In this document: piece by piece, positions 29,713 to 39,643 of the stretch
Layout of the letters: every line of letters begins with the position of its first letter
How positions within the stretch are numbered: the stretch's first letter is position 1
Assembly: GCA_964518475.1 (NCBI GenBank)
Contig: CAZFGR010000001.1
Coordinates: forward strand, 1 to 64,000
Direction: 5' to 3'
Length of the DNA stretch: 64,000 bases
Source: an uncultured Nitrososphaerota archaeon
Lineage (GTDB): Archaea; Asgardarchaeota; Njordarchaeia; Njordarchaeales; Njordarchaeaceae
Translations under genes and position numbers: made by a program
Notes under the pieces: model-generated
Databases searched by the model: none
What the model was told of the DNA's origin: nothing
What the model saw: only the letters and a program-made list of their open reading frames with translations

Positions 29713-31059
29713 TTATGTAATTCCAGCCTCTTCCATGAGTCGGAGTCTAATTTCCTGAACTTTCTCTCTTATTTTATCGATATCTATGTTTGCGTATTCC
29801 CCATCTTTGTATACCCACTTCCCATCAACCATTACTGATTCGACATAGCTTTGGTCAAGAGCATATACAATCATAGCGTATGGATCGTGAATGGGCGTGC
29901 CATGAGGCCCCTTATGTATATTGATGACTACTAAATCAGCTTTTTTCCCAACTTCTATCGATCCAATCATTTTATCTAGTCCGAGGGCATTTGCACCATT
30001 AATTGTAGCCATTTCTAAGACTGTATGTGCTGGAACTATTTTAGGATCCCTGTTATATCCCTTATGAATAATCGCTGCTACGTGCATTTCACGAAACATA
30101 TCTAGGCGATTATTACTAGCGGGTCCATCCGTGGCTAATGCTACATTAATTCCTTCTGCTAACATTCTAGGTACTGGTGCGATTCCGCTTGCTAATTTTA
30201 GATTGGATATTGGATTATGCAAAACATTAACCCTTCTGCGTTTCAGTATGTCAAACTCTTTTTCCTCTACCCACACGACATGAGCTGCCATTACTTTCTC
30301 ATTTAGAAAACCTATGGATTCTAGATACTCTATTGGTGTGTATCCCGTATTCTCCTTTACTTGCTGAACTTCAGCTAATGTCTCTGCCAAGTGAATGTGG
30401 ATCCTATATCCAGTCTCTTTAGATTTCTCTTTGAAGATTTCTAGCAGCTCTTTTGTGCATCCATAGGGTGAGTGGGGTCCATAAGCGAAGAAAAGTCTAT
30501 CTTCAGCATTCCTTGTTTTAGCTAGATTTTCTAACTCAGTTCGAAAATTCTCAGCAATTTTAAATTCCTCGTCAGGAGATCTATTAAAGAAAACATCAGC
30601 GCTCCCGTATGATAACATAGCTCTGACTCCCGCGTCAGCTACCGCTTTCGCGATCTCTATCTCATGATAGTACATATCTAAAAACATCGTTATACCAGAA
30701 CAAAGCATTTCAGCAATACCGTACAAGGCTCCATAGTATACATCACTGGATTTAAGCCTCATCTCCATAGGTAAAATATATTTTTGAAGCCACTCCATCA
30801 AGTCGGCGTCGTCTTTTAAACCTCTTAAAAGCGTCATTGCGACATGCGTATGGGAATCAACGAAACCTGGGATTATTATCCTATTAGGCAGCTCTAATAC
30901 TTCTTCGGCATCTGTAGGCTTTTCTTTTCCTAAATATTTGATTACCCCCTCCTCAATTCCAATGAAATAATCGCGAAGAACTCTTCGCTGCTGATCCATA
31001 GTTAATATTATGGAAGGATGAAGTACTATCATAATCAACACCGAGACATATTCTAGCAA
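29713..31059 (-). CDS. mtaD: MTA/SAH deaminase-like amidohydrolase (paralog of 18853-20202)
   Basis: PGFVDSHTH, GPHSPYGC, HLAET, SNLKLASG, TDGPASNN; divergent from ahcY. Confidence 0.82.
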   Translation of the reverse strand: MLEYVSVLIMIVLHPSIILTMDQQRRVLRDYFIGIEEGVIKYLGKEKPTDAEEVLELPNRIIIPGFVDSHTHVAMTLLRGLKDDADLMEWLQKYILPMEMRLKSSDVYYGALYGIAEMLCSGITMFLDMYYHEIEIAKAVADAGVRAMLSYGSADVFFNRSPDEEFKIAENFRTELENLAKTRNAEDRLFFAYGPHSPYGCTKELLEIFKEKSKETGYRIHIHLAETLAEVQQVKENTGYTPIEYLESIGFLNEKVMAAHVVWVEEKEFDILKRRRVNVLHNPISNLKLASGIAPVPRMLAEGINVALATDGPASNNRLDMFREMHVAAIIHKGYNRDPKIVPAHTVLEMATINGANALGLDKMIGSIEVGKKADLVVINIHKGPHGTPIHDPYAMIVYALDQSYVESVMVDGKWVYKDGEYANIDIDKIREKVQEIRLRLMEEAGIT

Positions 31060-31166
31060 TTATATTCTCAAAATTTAACTGTTTTTTCAAAAGAAAAAGG
31101 TTTTTTATCAAAATCTTGCTTAGAGCCTATCAAGAAACAGATAAATCCTGAATATGGTGAATTTTC

Positions 31167-32441
31167 ATGGAAAGTATTGTTAGGGATCTTTCTCTTAAAG
31201 ATAAAGGATTGCTAAAAATAGAGTGGGCAGAAAATTTCATGCATGTTTTAGGAGAAATTCGTAAACGTTTCGAAGAAGAGAAACCTCTAAAAGGCGTAAC
31301 TATTGGTATGGCATTGCACTTAGAAGCTAAAACTGCTGTTCTTGTCAAAACATTAGTTGCTGGTGGAGCAAGAGTAGCTATAACAAGTTGCAATCCCGAA
31401 AGCACTCAGGATGACGTAGCTGCTGCTCTAACTAATTGGGCTAAAGTTTATGCATGGCGCGGGGAGACCGTTGAGGAATACTATGAGAATCTTAGACGCG
31501 TGCTTGATAATAATCCTCAAATAATCGTCGATGATGGTGCTGATTTGATAGTACTTTTGCATCGAGAGAGACCAGATTTATTAAAGGATATTATTGGAGG
31601 AACTGAAGAAACTACGACGGGGGTTATTAGACTTAAGAACATGGAGAGAGAAGGTGTATTAAAATTCCCCGTGATAGCTGTTAATAACGCCTACATGAAG
31701 TATCTCTTCGATAATAGATATGGAACTGGAGAATCTGCTATCTTCGGCATATTGAACGCGACGAATCTGACACTGGCTGGGAAAAATGTTGTTGTTTGCG
31801 GATATGGGTGGTGTGGTAGAGGAATCGCGATGAGAGCTAGAGGAATGGGAGCAAAAGTTATCGTTACAGAGGTAAATCCAATAAGAGCCGTTGAAGCTAT
31901 AATGGATGGATTCGAGGTCATGAAACTTATAGATGCTGTGAAAAAAGCCGACATCGTTATTACCGCGACTGGCGTCAAGAAAGTTGTACGAAAAGAACAC
32001 TTCTTGGTGGCAAAAGATAAATGTATATTTGCTAATGCTGGTCACTTTGATGTTGAAATATGGAAACCGGATTTAGAGGAGATATCTGTTTCTAAGAAGA
32101 AGACGAGATATTTCGGATTGCCCTGGGAAGATTATCTAGTTGAAGAATACACTCTGAAAAATGGGAAGAAGCTGTATTTATTGGCTAAGGGTCGATTAGT
32201 GAACCTTGTCGCTGGTCAGGGACATGCAACAGAGATAATGGATCTAAGTTTCTCCCTCCAAGCACTTTCGATAGAGCATCTAGTAAAAAAGGCAGGCACT
32301 CTAGAAAATAAAGTGTATAATGTTCCTAGAGAAATCGATGAAGAAGTTGCGAGACTCAAATTAAGGACTCTGGGGGTAGAAATAGATAGTTTAACAGAGG
32401 AACAAAAAGAGTATTTAAAGAGTTTTGAGCTAGGAACTTAA
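31167..32441 (+). CDS. ahcY: Adenosylhomocysteinase
   Basis: [46 protein letters not shown]. Confidence 0.97.
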   Translation: MESIVRDLSLKDKGLLKIEWAENFMHVLGEIRKRFEEEKPLKGVTIGMALHLEAKTAVLVKTLVAGGARVAITSCNPESTQDDVAAALTNWAKVYAWRGETVEEYYENLRRVLDNNPQIIVDDGADLIVLLHRERPDLLKDIIGGTEETTTGVIRLKNMEREGVLKFPVIAVNNAYMKYLFDNRYGTGESAIFGILNATNLTLAGKNVVVCGYGWCGRGIAMRARGMGAKVIVTEVNPIRAVEAIMDGFEVMKLIDAVKKADIVITATGVKKVVRKEHFLVAKDKCIFANAGHFDVEIWKPDLEEISVSKKKTRYFGLPWEDYLVEEYTLKNGKKLYLLAKGRLVNLVAGQGHATEIMDLSFSLQALSIEHLVKKAGTLENKVYNVPREIDEEVARLKLRTLGVEIDSLTEEQKEYLKSFELGT

Positions 32442-32445
32442 GAGT

Positions 32446-33597
32446 TTATTCATGCGTATCCGTTAGTTCACCGGCTGCCCATGCTTTCTTAGCTTCTGGT
32501 CCAATTTTTCTCCAGCGATCCTTTAATTTTTCTAACACTTTTGGTAACGTAGTGTACTCCATCTCCTCTGCTGATAACCTATGAGGCTCGAATGGTCCAT
32601 GTCTACGGATATAGTCCGCGATTTCCATAGCTTTTCTTCTAGTATAATCAAATGCTGGATCGTCGAATAGATCAACAGGCCCTATTAAATGACCATCGCT
32701 TAACTGGAATCCAAGAGCAACTATTCTTGGAGGACCATCAAATCTTGTACATTGGGAATATTTCAGAGGCACAGGCATTAGAGGACCATGGTGACTACCT
32801 CGCATCCATCCTGCTACTAAGTGTGGGAAAGCAAAAGCTTCCAGAACCTCGCCGACTGCAGGTAATCCATGCTGGGCTCTCACGATGCACACAGGATCAT
32901 CTTTACCAACATATTTTCCAGCGATAAGGTTTAGCCTCTCAGTACTGATCGCTGCAGCAATGCCTATTTCCGGATCTTTTGAATATACATACTTTATAAC
33001 GAATCTTCCCGGTTGACCGATAAGTGCAAGAATATCGTACATTTCTTCGGGTGAACTTAGTTCTATTAATTTTCCCTCATACACGTCCATTATATCGAAT
33101 TTGAAGCCCTCATGCATCTTAGGATCAATTACTAGTCCCGCCGTATTGAAGGGATCAGCAAAGATTCTGAATATGGGTAAATTGAAGGCTCCAGGCTCTG
33201 TTTTATCAGCTGCAAAAACTATTATAGGTTCACTACGTCTCTCTTCAAATTCCATTTCAGCAACTCCAGGACCCATTCCTCTGACGTTTCCGCTGAAAGC
33301 TTCGCTTAGAAGATCCTGTCCAGCACCATATAGTTTTAATTTCTTGGCTTCTTGAGCAGCTTTAACGAAGGTATTCCATGCTAATTCATGAATTTTCGGA
33401 TTATCTACGCCATGAGTATGTGTCATTAATAGTTGTAAGTCGTCGCCAGCATTGAAGACATAATAATCGATTATCAATCCATCATTCTTGGCCTTCTCCA
33501 GCTCCTCCTTAGCAATTTCAATTAGCCTAGGATGAACCTTAACATGCCCAGGCCATCCACCAACATCAGCCTTGATTAATGAAACCGTTACTTTCAA
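32446..33597 (-). CDS. fbp: Fructose-1,6-bisphosphate aldolase/phosphatase
   Basis: KADVGGWPGH, GAGQDLL, DKTEPGAFN, YVGKDDP, GWMRGSH, EYTT. Confidence 0.97.
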   Translation of the reverse strand: MKVTVSLIKADVGGWPGHVKVHPRLIEIAKEELEKAKNDGLIIDYYVFNAGDDLQLLMTHTHGVDNPKIHELAWNTFVKAAQEAKKLKLYGAGQDLLSEAFSGNVRGMGPGVAEMEFEERRSEPIIVFAADKTEPGAFNLPIFRIFADPFNTAGLVIDPKMHEGFKFDIMDVYEGKLIELSSPEEMYDILALIGQPGRFVIKYVYSKDPEIGIAAAISTERLNLIAGKYVGKDDPVCIVRAQHGLPAVGEVLEAFAFPHLVAGWMRGSHHGPLMPVPLKYSQCTRFDGPPRIVALGFQLSDGHLIGPVDLFDDPAFDYTRRKAMEIADYIRRHGPFEPHRLSAEEMEYTTLPKVLEKLKDRWRKIGPEAKKAWAAGELTDTHE

Positions 33598-33742
33598 CGC
33601 GATTCACCAGTATTAGTTTTAGTTTTTATACCCAAATGTAAAACGGAAAGGGATACTATATAAATTGTCTTTGTCTATTCTTCGAAATCAGGGAAAGTTA
33701 TAAAATAGTTGACAATATATTCCTTAAAGATACTTAGGAGAA

Positions 33743-34095
33743 AGGGGGAGACGGGGAAGCGGCTGTCGGGCGCTTAGGCGCCCGAGGAAGTTCCCCCCTC
33801 CCTTAAAGCGCCGCGGCGTAAGCCGCCGGGGGGAGACCCCCGGCTCCGGGAACAGAAACGAAACGTCCCTACGTCAATGAAGATGAGGCGGAGAAGGGAG
33901 CTGGCAACGGCTCCCGAGCTAACCCGCTGATGAGGCGTAGGGAAACGTTGAAACGGCCCGTCGGCGCGGGAGCAAGCGAAGGCCGTCACCAATGAGATGA
34001 GGTGGCGGCTTAGCGCTTAGTAGAATGCCGCGACCGGATTGCCGCCATTAGGCGGCTCTGGGATACAGAAGGGGGGCTATCCCCGTCACCCCCCT
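33743..34095 (+). ncRNA. rnpB: Archaeal RNase P RNA
   Basis: GC-rich island with GAGGAAGTTCCCCCC, ACAGAAAC, GAAACGG, GGAGCAAG, AGAATG and ACAGAAGGGGGGCTAT conserved regions; terminal P1 pairing GACGGGGA/TCCCCGTC. Confidence 0.93.
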
Positions 34096-34125
34096 CTAAA
34101 TACTTCCCCGCACTGGTGCTAGTAG

Positions 34126-35187
34126 ATGGTCTCTGTTATTCTGAAAGTTCCAAGAGGTTTCGAAAAGATTGTTGCATCTCGTGTCTTGGAAATTTTTCCC
34201 GAAGCTAGTGTCATTCCTAGACCATATGGTTATGAGGGAATAGTCTTTGTTGATAGAGTAGAACCGGATTATGGAGCTAGAGTTATTCTCGAAAATATTC
34301 CTGAGGTGGAAAAGGCCTTACCAGTTCATGGGGAAAGCATCGCTGATCCAGACTCTATTGCTGAAACAGCTTTTGAATTAGCAAGGAAATATATTAATCC
34401 TGGAGAAAGTTTCGCCGTAAGAACGACTAGGAGAGGATCTCATGATTTCACAAGTATCGACATCAATGTGATAGTTGGTGCGAGAATAAAAGAGGGGTTA
34501 GGTAATCCTGTAAATTTGGAGGCGCCCGATAAAGTTGTTTGGGTTGAGATATTCAGAGATAGAGCCTATATCTCCATAACCAGAGAACAGGCTGTTAGAA
34601 AACCAAAAGGAGAGAATATTTTATTCCTCCTTTCAAAGATCTCTGTAATACAAATACCCTTTGTTAATGGTGATCCAGAAGGCGCTTATAGAATGGGTGT
34701 AAGAATAGGACGAGCAGCTCAAGCATTTGAGATTGGAGAACTAGTTATCGCTATTCATAGGCTTATCAATATCGAAGATTTTGAAGCATTTCTTAAAGGA
34801 GTATTAGAAGGTCGTGCATCCCGGTATGAGATACAAAGAAAAACATACGGTAGGAAAATTAGGCTCGTTCCCGTAAGAATCTACGAAATCTTCCAATTAG
34901 CTAGGGCTAGATATGGAGAATTATTCATTATAACAAGTGCTCGAGGAAAATGGTTAGATGAAGAAACCTGCAGAGAGTTAGGATCCATTCTCACTAAAGA
35001 AAAGAGAATAAACATATTTGCTGGCGCTAGAGAGGGGGTTCCAACAGGCCTTATGCGTTGGGCTAAGTATACAATTAATCTCTGCCCGGGGGTAACATTC
35101 GCCACAGAGCATACGATTCCAGCTGTGGTATCGACCCTAGTATTATGCTATAATAGTTTTAAGAAAAAGGAGGGAAATGAAAACTGA
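34126..35187 (+). CDS. THUMP-domain SPOUT RNA methyltransferase
   Basis: FAVRTTRRGSHDFTSIDINV..GA..VNLEAPD (THUMP); GAREGVP..TFATEH (SPOUT knot). Confidence 0.85.
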   Translation: MVSVILKVPRGFEKIVASRVLEIFPEASVIPRPYGYEGIVFVDRVEPDYGARVILENIPEVEKALPVHGESIADPDSIAETAFELARKYINPGESFAVRTTRRGSHDFTSIDINVIVGARIKEGLGNPVNLEAPDKVVWVEIFRDRAYISITREQAVRKPKGENILFLLSKISVIQIPFVNGDPEGAYRMGVRIGRAAQAFEIGELVIAIHRLINIEDFEAFLKGVLEGRASRYEIQRKTYGRKIRLVPVRIYEIFQLARARYGELFIITSARGKWLDEETCRELGSILTKEKRINIFAGAREGVPTGLMRWAKYTINLCPGVTFATEHTIPAVVSTLVLCYNSFKKKEGNEN

Positions 35188-35193
35188 GAAGTC

Positions 35194-35892
35194 CTAGCCC
35201 TTGAAAATCATTCTGAACATTATATGATCTCTAGCATACGGATCCAGTCTAATACCCTCTACTACCTCAAAACCACCCTCTTCAAGAATCTTTTTCTGTT
35301 CCTCAAAAATTTCTTCTGGAGGTCGAGTAACATCGATTGATCTTGCCTTTATAGCTATTAGGCCAGCTCCTCCCTTCCTAAGGAACATTTTTGCATTCTT
35401 AATGAAAATCTCTGCTTGAAACGGTTGTGCTAGGTCAGCGTAGAGCACATCTACACTCTCTCCAATATAGGCATACTCCTGGGGCAGCCTCGCATCCTTT
35501 AGTAACGGAATTATGTTCTTCCTAACTTCAGCAACCTTTACTAAATCTCTCAGAGGCCTCGGAGCGAATTCTACTCCATATATTATACCCCGCAGACCAA
35601 TAATGTCAGATATGTGGCTTGCAGTAGTCCCAGAAGCTATACCTAGGTACAATATCTTACTTCCTTCCTTTATAGGAACTTCTTTTAAGCCATTATGAAT
35701 AGCTGCTGCTAATTTGCTACGATAAGGACTCCATATTCTGTATTCCACACCTTGATAACGGACAAGTTTTTCATCATATACGGTATGCCCCGGAACAAGA
35801 TTCCTTGTAGCTAATGCCCGTCTTCCATCCTCAAACTCTACATAATATATGCCTGGAAAAACTTCCTCAACACCGACAACCTCAATAGGCAT
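35194..35892 (-). CDS. flpA: Fibrillarin, box C/D 2'-O-methyltransferase
   Basis: EYRIWSPYRSKLAAA, LYLGIASGTTASH, DARLP, KARSIDVT. Confidence 0.96.
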   Translation of the reverse strand: MPIEVVGVEEVFPGIYYVEFEDGRRALATRNLVPGHTVYDEKLVRYQGVEYRIWSPYRSKLAAAIHNGLKEVPIKEGSKILYLGIASGTTASHISDIIGLRGIIYGVEFAPRPLRDLVKVAEVRKNIIPLLKDARLPQEYAYIGESVDVLYADLAQPFQAEIFIKNAKMFLRKGGAGLIAIKARSIDVTRPPEEIFEEQKKILEEGGFEVVEGIRLDPYARDHIMFRMIFKG

Positions 35893-35903
35893 AGTTCCTC
35901 ACC

Positions 35904-37130
35904 TTATTTCTTACCTCTTTTTCTCTTAGGTTTCTTTCTAGGTTTACCAGGCTTACCAGGAGGACCTCTCTTCTTAACAGTAGGAGGCTTCGGATACTTT
36001 TTCTTAATTTCTTCAATTCTTCTCTCAAGTTCCGCTAATAGTTCGTCACCGATGTATTCTCCACTAAAGTAATCTACTCTAGCCGCTATTGCCAGCTTAC
36101 CAGCTAATGCGCGTGCAATTTTTCCTCTCTGCCACCAAGGGGCTCTGAATATTCTCGGATCTTGGAAAATTATTCCATGCTTTGGTGGTGTGCCTCTTCC
36201 CTGAAGAGCCCTGAATAAAGCTTTCTCAGCACCAAGGATCTGTATGGTACTAGCAGGCATTTTCGCTAGCTCAGCCAATCCACCAGCTTTTCGAATAAGT
36301 TTCGCACCAATAACTGAACCAACAAGAGCCCTAATATTTGGCGCCGTCTCCTTCATCAGATTATCTAGGTATTGAAGAATCCTAGCTTTCTGATCATAGA
36401 GATCAAGAGCTCTTCGAGCTACCTCTTGCATCATTCTTATATCTTCCTCGGTCACTCTGATACCTACTCTCTCTTCCTTTGCTTTAAGGATTTCACGAAT
36501 CAGTTTTTCACTCTTCACTATTTTACGCAGATTCTCCTCTGTGAAATTCTCTACGGAGCCGAGCTCAGCAATGAGTCTAAGATATAGAGGATGATCTTCC
36601 ACTACTTTCCCAAGTTCTGGCCAATAATATCCATACCACTCTCGAACATGTGAGACTAGAGTATTGATCATCTTTGTCAAGTCTTCAGATATTGTGACCG
36701 CCCTTATTATCATTAAATCTCTACGCTCTCCTGCTTCCTGCAGTTTCTCTTTTGCTAACTCTATACTGACCTTATTGACGAATTCTACATACTTCTCATA
36801 TCCGCCGAACAGTTCCTCCAAGTATTCTCGAATCTTATCCCTTATTTTTAAGATCTCGTCGCCTTCCATCACCATCTGTACTGGAATATCTGGGTACTCG
36901 CTTTTTATTATATCTACCAGGAACTCATTATCCGTTTTCAACGACACTTTGCCTATTTTTTCGATCACATCTTTTAATTCATCAATCGTTTGTCGCTTTT
37001 CAAGAGACAGGATCGCTTTAAAAGCCCTTTCTACATCTGGCTTATCATCACCGAATGGTCTAAATATTATGTCTTTTAGACCTTCAGAAATCGCAAATAT
37101 ACCAGGATACGTCACTAGTAACCACATCAT
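35904..37130 (-). CDS. nop5: Nop5 (Nop56/58) box C/D RNP protein
   Basis: REWYG..PEL, APN, PASTIQILGAEKALF, PKHGIIF, GKIARALAGK. Confidence 0.95.
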   Translation of the reverse strand: MMWLLVTYPGIFAISEGLKDIIFRPFGDDKPDVERAFKAILSLEKRQTIDELKDVIEKIGKVSLKTDNEFLVDIIKSEYPDIPVQMVMEGDEILKIRDKIREYLEELFGGYEKYVEFVNKVSIELAKEKLQEAGERRDLMIIRAVTISEDLTKMINTLVSHVREWYGYYWPELGKVVEDHPLYLRLIAELGSVENFTEENLRKIVKSEKLIREILKAKEERVGIRVTEEDIRMMQEVARRALDLYDQKARILQYLDNLMKETAPNIRALVGSVIGAKLIRKAGGLAELAKMPASTIQILGAEKALFRALQGRGTPPKHGIIFQDPRIFRAPWWQRGKIARALAGKLAIAARVDYFSGEYIGDELLAELERRIEEIKKKYPKPPTVKKRGPPGKPGKPRKKPKRKRGKK

Positions 37131-37141
37131 TGTTCACCATT

Positions 37142-37178
37142 AATACTCAGATCCTTATCTGAGTATTTGCCATACTCA
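37142..37178. promoter_or_regulatory. Inverted-repeat element upstream of nop5
   Basis: AATACTCAGAT-cctt-ATCTGAGTATT (11-bp perfect IR) plus a third ATACTCA copy at 37172-37178. Confidence 0.45.
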
Positions 37179-37263
37179 ATTATCATAGAGAGATAACCAG
37201 CAATATAAATAATGATTAGCAAACGAATGTTTTTTAAGCACATCTATCTGGGTCGAGATTACC

Positions 37264-37839
37264 ATGTTCGAAGTAGAAATGAAAGCACGAGTCACTAATC
37301 TCCACGCATTACACGAATTCCTTTCCTCAAATAATTTTGAAAAGAAGACCTATGAAACAATAGATTATTATTTTAAACATCCCTGCCGCGATTTTATTCC
37401 TAGAGACGAAGAACTCCGGGTAAGAATAGAGAAAGAGAATAATATCCCACGCATACTAGTTACTTATAAAGGCTCCTCATTAAGCAAAGATCGAAGTGCG
37501 AGGGAGGAGATAGAGATTCCCGTAACTAGTATAGGAATTATCAAACTCCTAATGGGACTCGGTTTTGAAATAGATCTGGTAAAAAGGAAAAAAGGTTTCA
37601 TTTTTTCAAAGAAAGACTTGAAAATCTCTGTATGTGAGGTTAGTGGGATTTTGCAAAGAAAACTGATTAATTTGGGACACTTCGTTGAGGTTGAAAAATT
37701 GGTGAAGAGAAAGGAAGATATTAATCATGCTAGAGAGGAAATCCTTAATATATTAAGGAGCCTTCCTGGAGTAGGAGGCATAGAGACCAAGTATTATACT
37801 GAATTGGTTAAGGAACTTGCTGAGAAGACTCATATTTGA
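37264..37839 (+). CDS. CYTH-domain protein (class IV adenylate cyclase-like)
   Basis: EVEMK, DYYF.HPCRDF, LRVR, TYKG, REEIE, LGHFVEVE. Confidence 0.85.
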   Translation: MFEVEMKARVTNLHALHEFLSSNNFEKKTYETIDYYFKHPCRDFIPRDEELRVRIEKENNIPRILVTYKGSSLSKDRSAREEIEIPVTSIGIIKLLMGLGFEIDLVKRKKGFIFSKKDLKISVCEVSGILQRKLINLGHFVEVEKLVKRKEDINHAREEILNILRSLPGVGGIETKYYTELVKELAEKTHI

Positions 37840-38303
37840 ATTCTTGCCGCCAATTTTTCAGCCCATCCCCTAATAATCGATCTAGCCTCGGTCAAAGCCT
37901 CCATTATTTTCCCTATAAACTCTATTAAAAATACCCTCATTGATTCATGCACTCTCTTCGACGCCACATCTGTAGCTTTTATGAGAAGAGAAATATCATA
38001 TCCCTCCTCTGGTTTGTCTAATATCAGCGGAAATCTTCTAGTAATAGCCTTCGCGACCTCCCTTATCAGTAGGCGATCTAATTCATCTCGGGCCGGTATC
38101 TTAACTGATAATATAGCTGAATTAACTGTTTTCTTTAAAAGAATCTCAGGCGGACCCGGGAATTTATATTCCCTATAACCAGCTCTCTCGCACTCTAAAC
38201 ACAGGACACAAGGATAATCGTAACCCTTCTTATCACAATTAAGTACCCTTAAATCTTTAAGAACATCCAGTAATTCATCTATCGAACGGAAAGTTGCCGC
38301 CAA
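37830..38303 (-). CDS. Arp2/3 complex subunit 4 (ARPC4)-like protein
   Basis: TVNSAILSVKIPARDELDRLL..KPEEGYDISLLI vs ARPC4 [33 protein letters not shown]; similar length. Confidence 0.8.
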   Translation of the reverse strand: MAATFRSIDELLDVLKDLRVLNCDKKGYDYPCVLCLECERAGYREYKFPGPPEILLKKTVNSAILSVKIPARDELDRLLIREVAKAITRRFPLILDKPEEGYDISLLIKATDVASKRVHESMRVFLIEFIGKIMEALTEARSIIRGWAEKLAARIQI

Positions 38304-38455
38304 GTGCCTCTCCCTTAAAGGTTTAGTAACTGTTTACTTCTCTAAGACATTTTTCTTAAACGTTTACCGAAATAAAATAAGGTTTCGACAACAATTCTTT
38401 AGCCGAATTATTCTTAAAAAGTTATCCATAATTATGTTGAAGCGGGATATTTGAC

Positions 38456-39553
38456 GTGATTCCTATGAGTGAAGTAAAAATTATAGATGGGTCAATGGGA
38501 GAAGGAGGAGGACAGATCTTTAGAACCGCTATTGCTTACGCAGCAGTTACTCGTTGCCCAGTAAAGATAATCAACATAAGAGCTAAAAGATCCAACCCAG
38601 GTCTACGCCCGCAACACCTTTCTGCATTAAGAGCCTTGGCAAAAATTACTCATGCAGAAGTCCGAGGAGATTATGTAGGGTCTACACAAGTATTTTTTAA
38701 TCCTAAAAAGATAGAAGGCGGAGAATTCGTTATTGATCCAGGCACTGCTGGAAGCATTACGTTAATTATTCAAGCAATTTTGCCCGCTCTAATATTTGCT
38801 GAAAAGAAAAGTATTGTGACAATAAAAGGCGGTACAGATGTACCATGGTCACCTCCTATAGATGCTGTTAGATACGTTCTCTTACCAGGTCTCAAAGATA
38901 TGGGTGTAGAGGCTAAACTAGAGCTTATAAGAAGAGGGCACTATCCAAGGGGAGGAGGATTAGTAAAGTTATATGTTGAGCCAATTACAGAACCATTAAA
39001 GCCTAAAATACTCAAGGAGCAGGGAATTATTGAGAGAATTAGAGGAATCTCGCATTGTGTAAGATTACCTAAGCACGTAGCTGAAAGACAAGCAAGATCA
39101 GCTACTGAAAAGTTAGAGAGCGCTGGATTTAAGAATATAGATATTGAACTAGAGTGGTATCCTCCCGATAAAGATCCTCACCTTGGTCCTGGATCTGGTA
39201 TAGTCTTGTGGGTCGAAACAAGTTCTAATGCTTTATTAGAATATGATAGCCTAGGAGCTAGAGGAAAACGTGCAGAGGTGGTAGGACAGGAAGCCGCGGA
39301 GGGTTTAATCAAACAAATAAGAAATTGTGGAGCAGTAGATGTCCACCATACTGACCAGCTAGTACCCTTCATGGCTCTAGCCAAAGGAGTCTCTGAAATA
39401 TACTCTTCAGAAATTTCCCTACACACATTGACAGCGATCCAAGTAGCACAAATGATAATAGGTGCTAAGTTTGAAGTAAAAGGCTCTCAAGGATCTCCTG
39501 GACTCATTAGAGCTGAAGGTATCGGACTAGAACCACATTGGCTCACATTCTAA
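38456..39553 (+). CDS. rtcA: RNA 3'-terminal phosphate cyclase
   Basis: DGSMGEGGGQIFRT, RSNPGLRPQH, GGTDVPWSP, RGHYPRGGG, H.TDQL. Confidence 0.95.
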   Translation: MIPMSEVKIIDGSMGEGGGQIFRTAIAYAAVTRCPVKIINIRAKRSNPGLRPQHLSALRALAKITHAEVRGDYVGSTQVFFNPKKIEGGEFVIDPGTAGSITLIIQAILPALIFAEKKSIVTIKGGTDVPWSPPIDAVRYVLLPGLKDMGVEAKLELIRRGHYPRGGGLVKLYVEPITEPLKPKILKEQGIIERIRGISHCVRLPKHVAERQARSATEKLESAGFKNIDIELEWYPPDKDPHLGPGSGIVLWVETSSNALLEYDSLGARGKRAEVVGQEAAEGLIKQIRNCGAVDVHHTDQLVPFMALAKGVSEIYSSEISLHTLTAIQVAQMIIGAKFEVKGSQGSPGLIRAEGIGLEPHWLTF

Positions 39554-39643
39554 AAGAGACAAAAAATGTATCTTATTGTCCTTCTTTAACCATATACTTG
39601 TATTTTTTATGCTAAATAATGTTAATGAATATTTGCTCTATGG

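Noticed and set aside
33774-33992. 72-aa ORF
   Set aside because: Antisense shadow of the RNase P RNA
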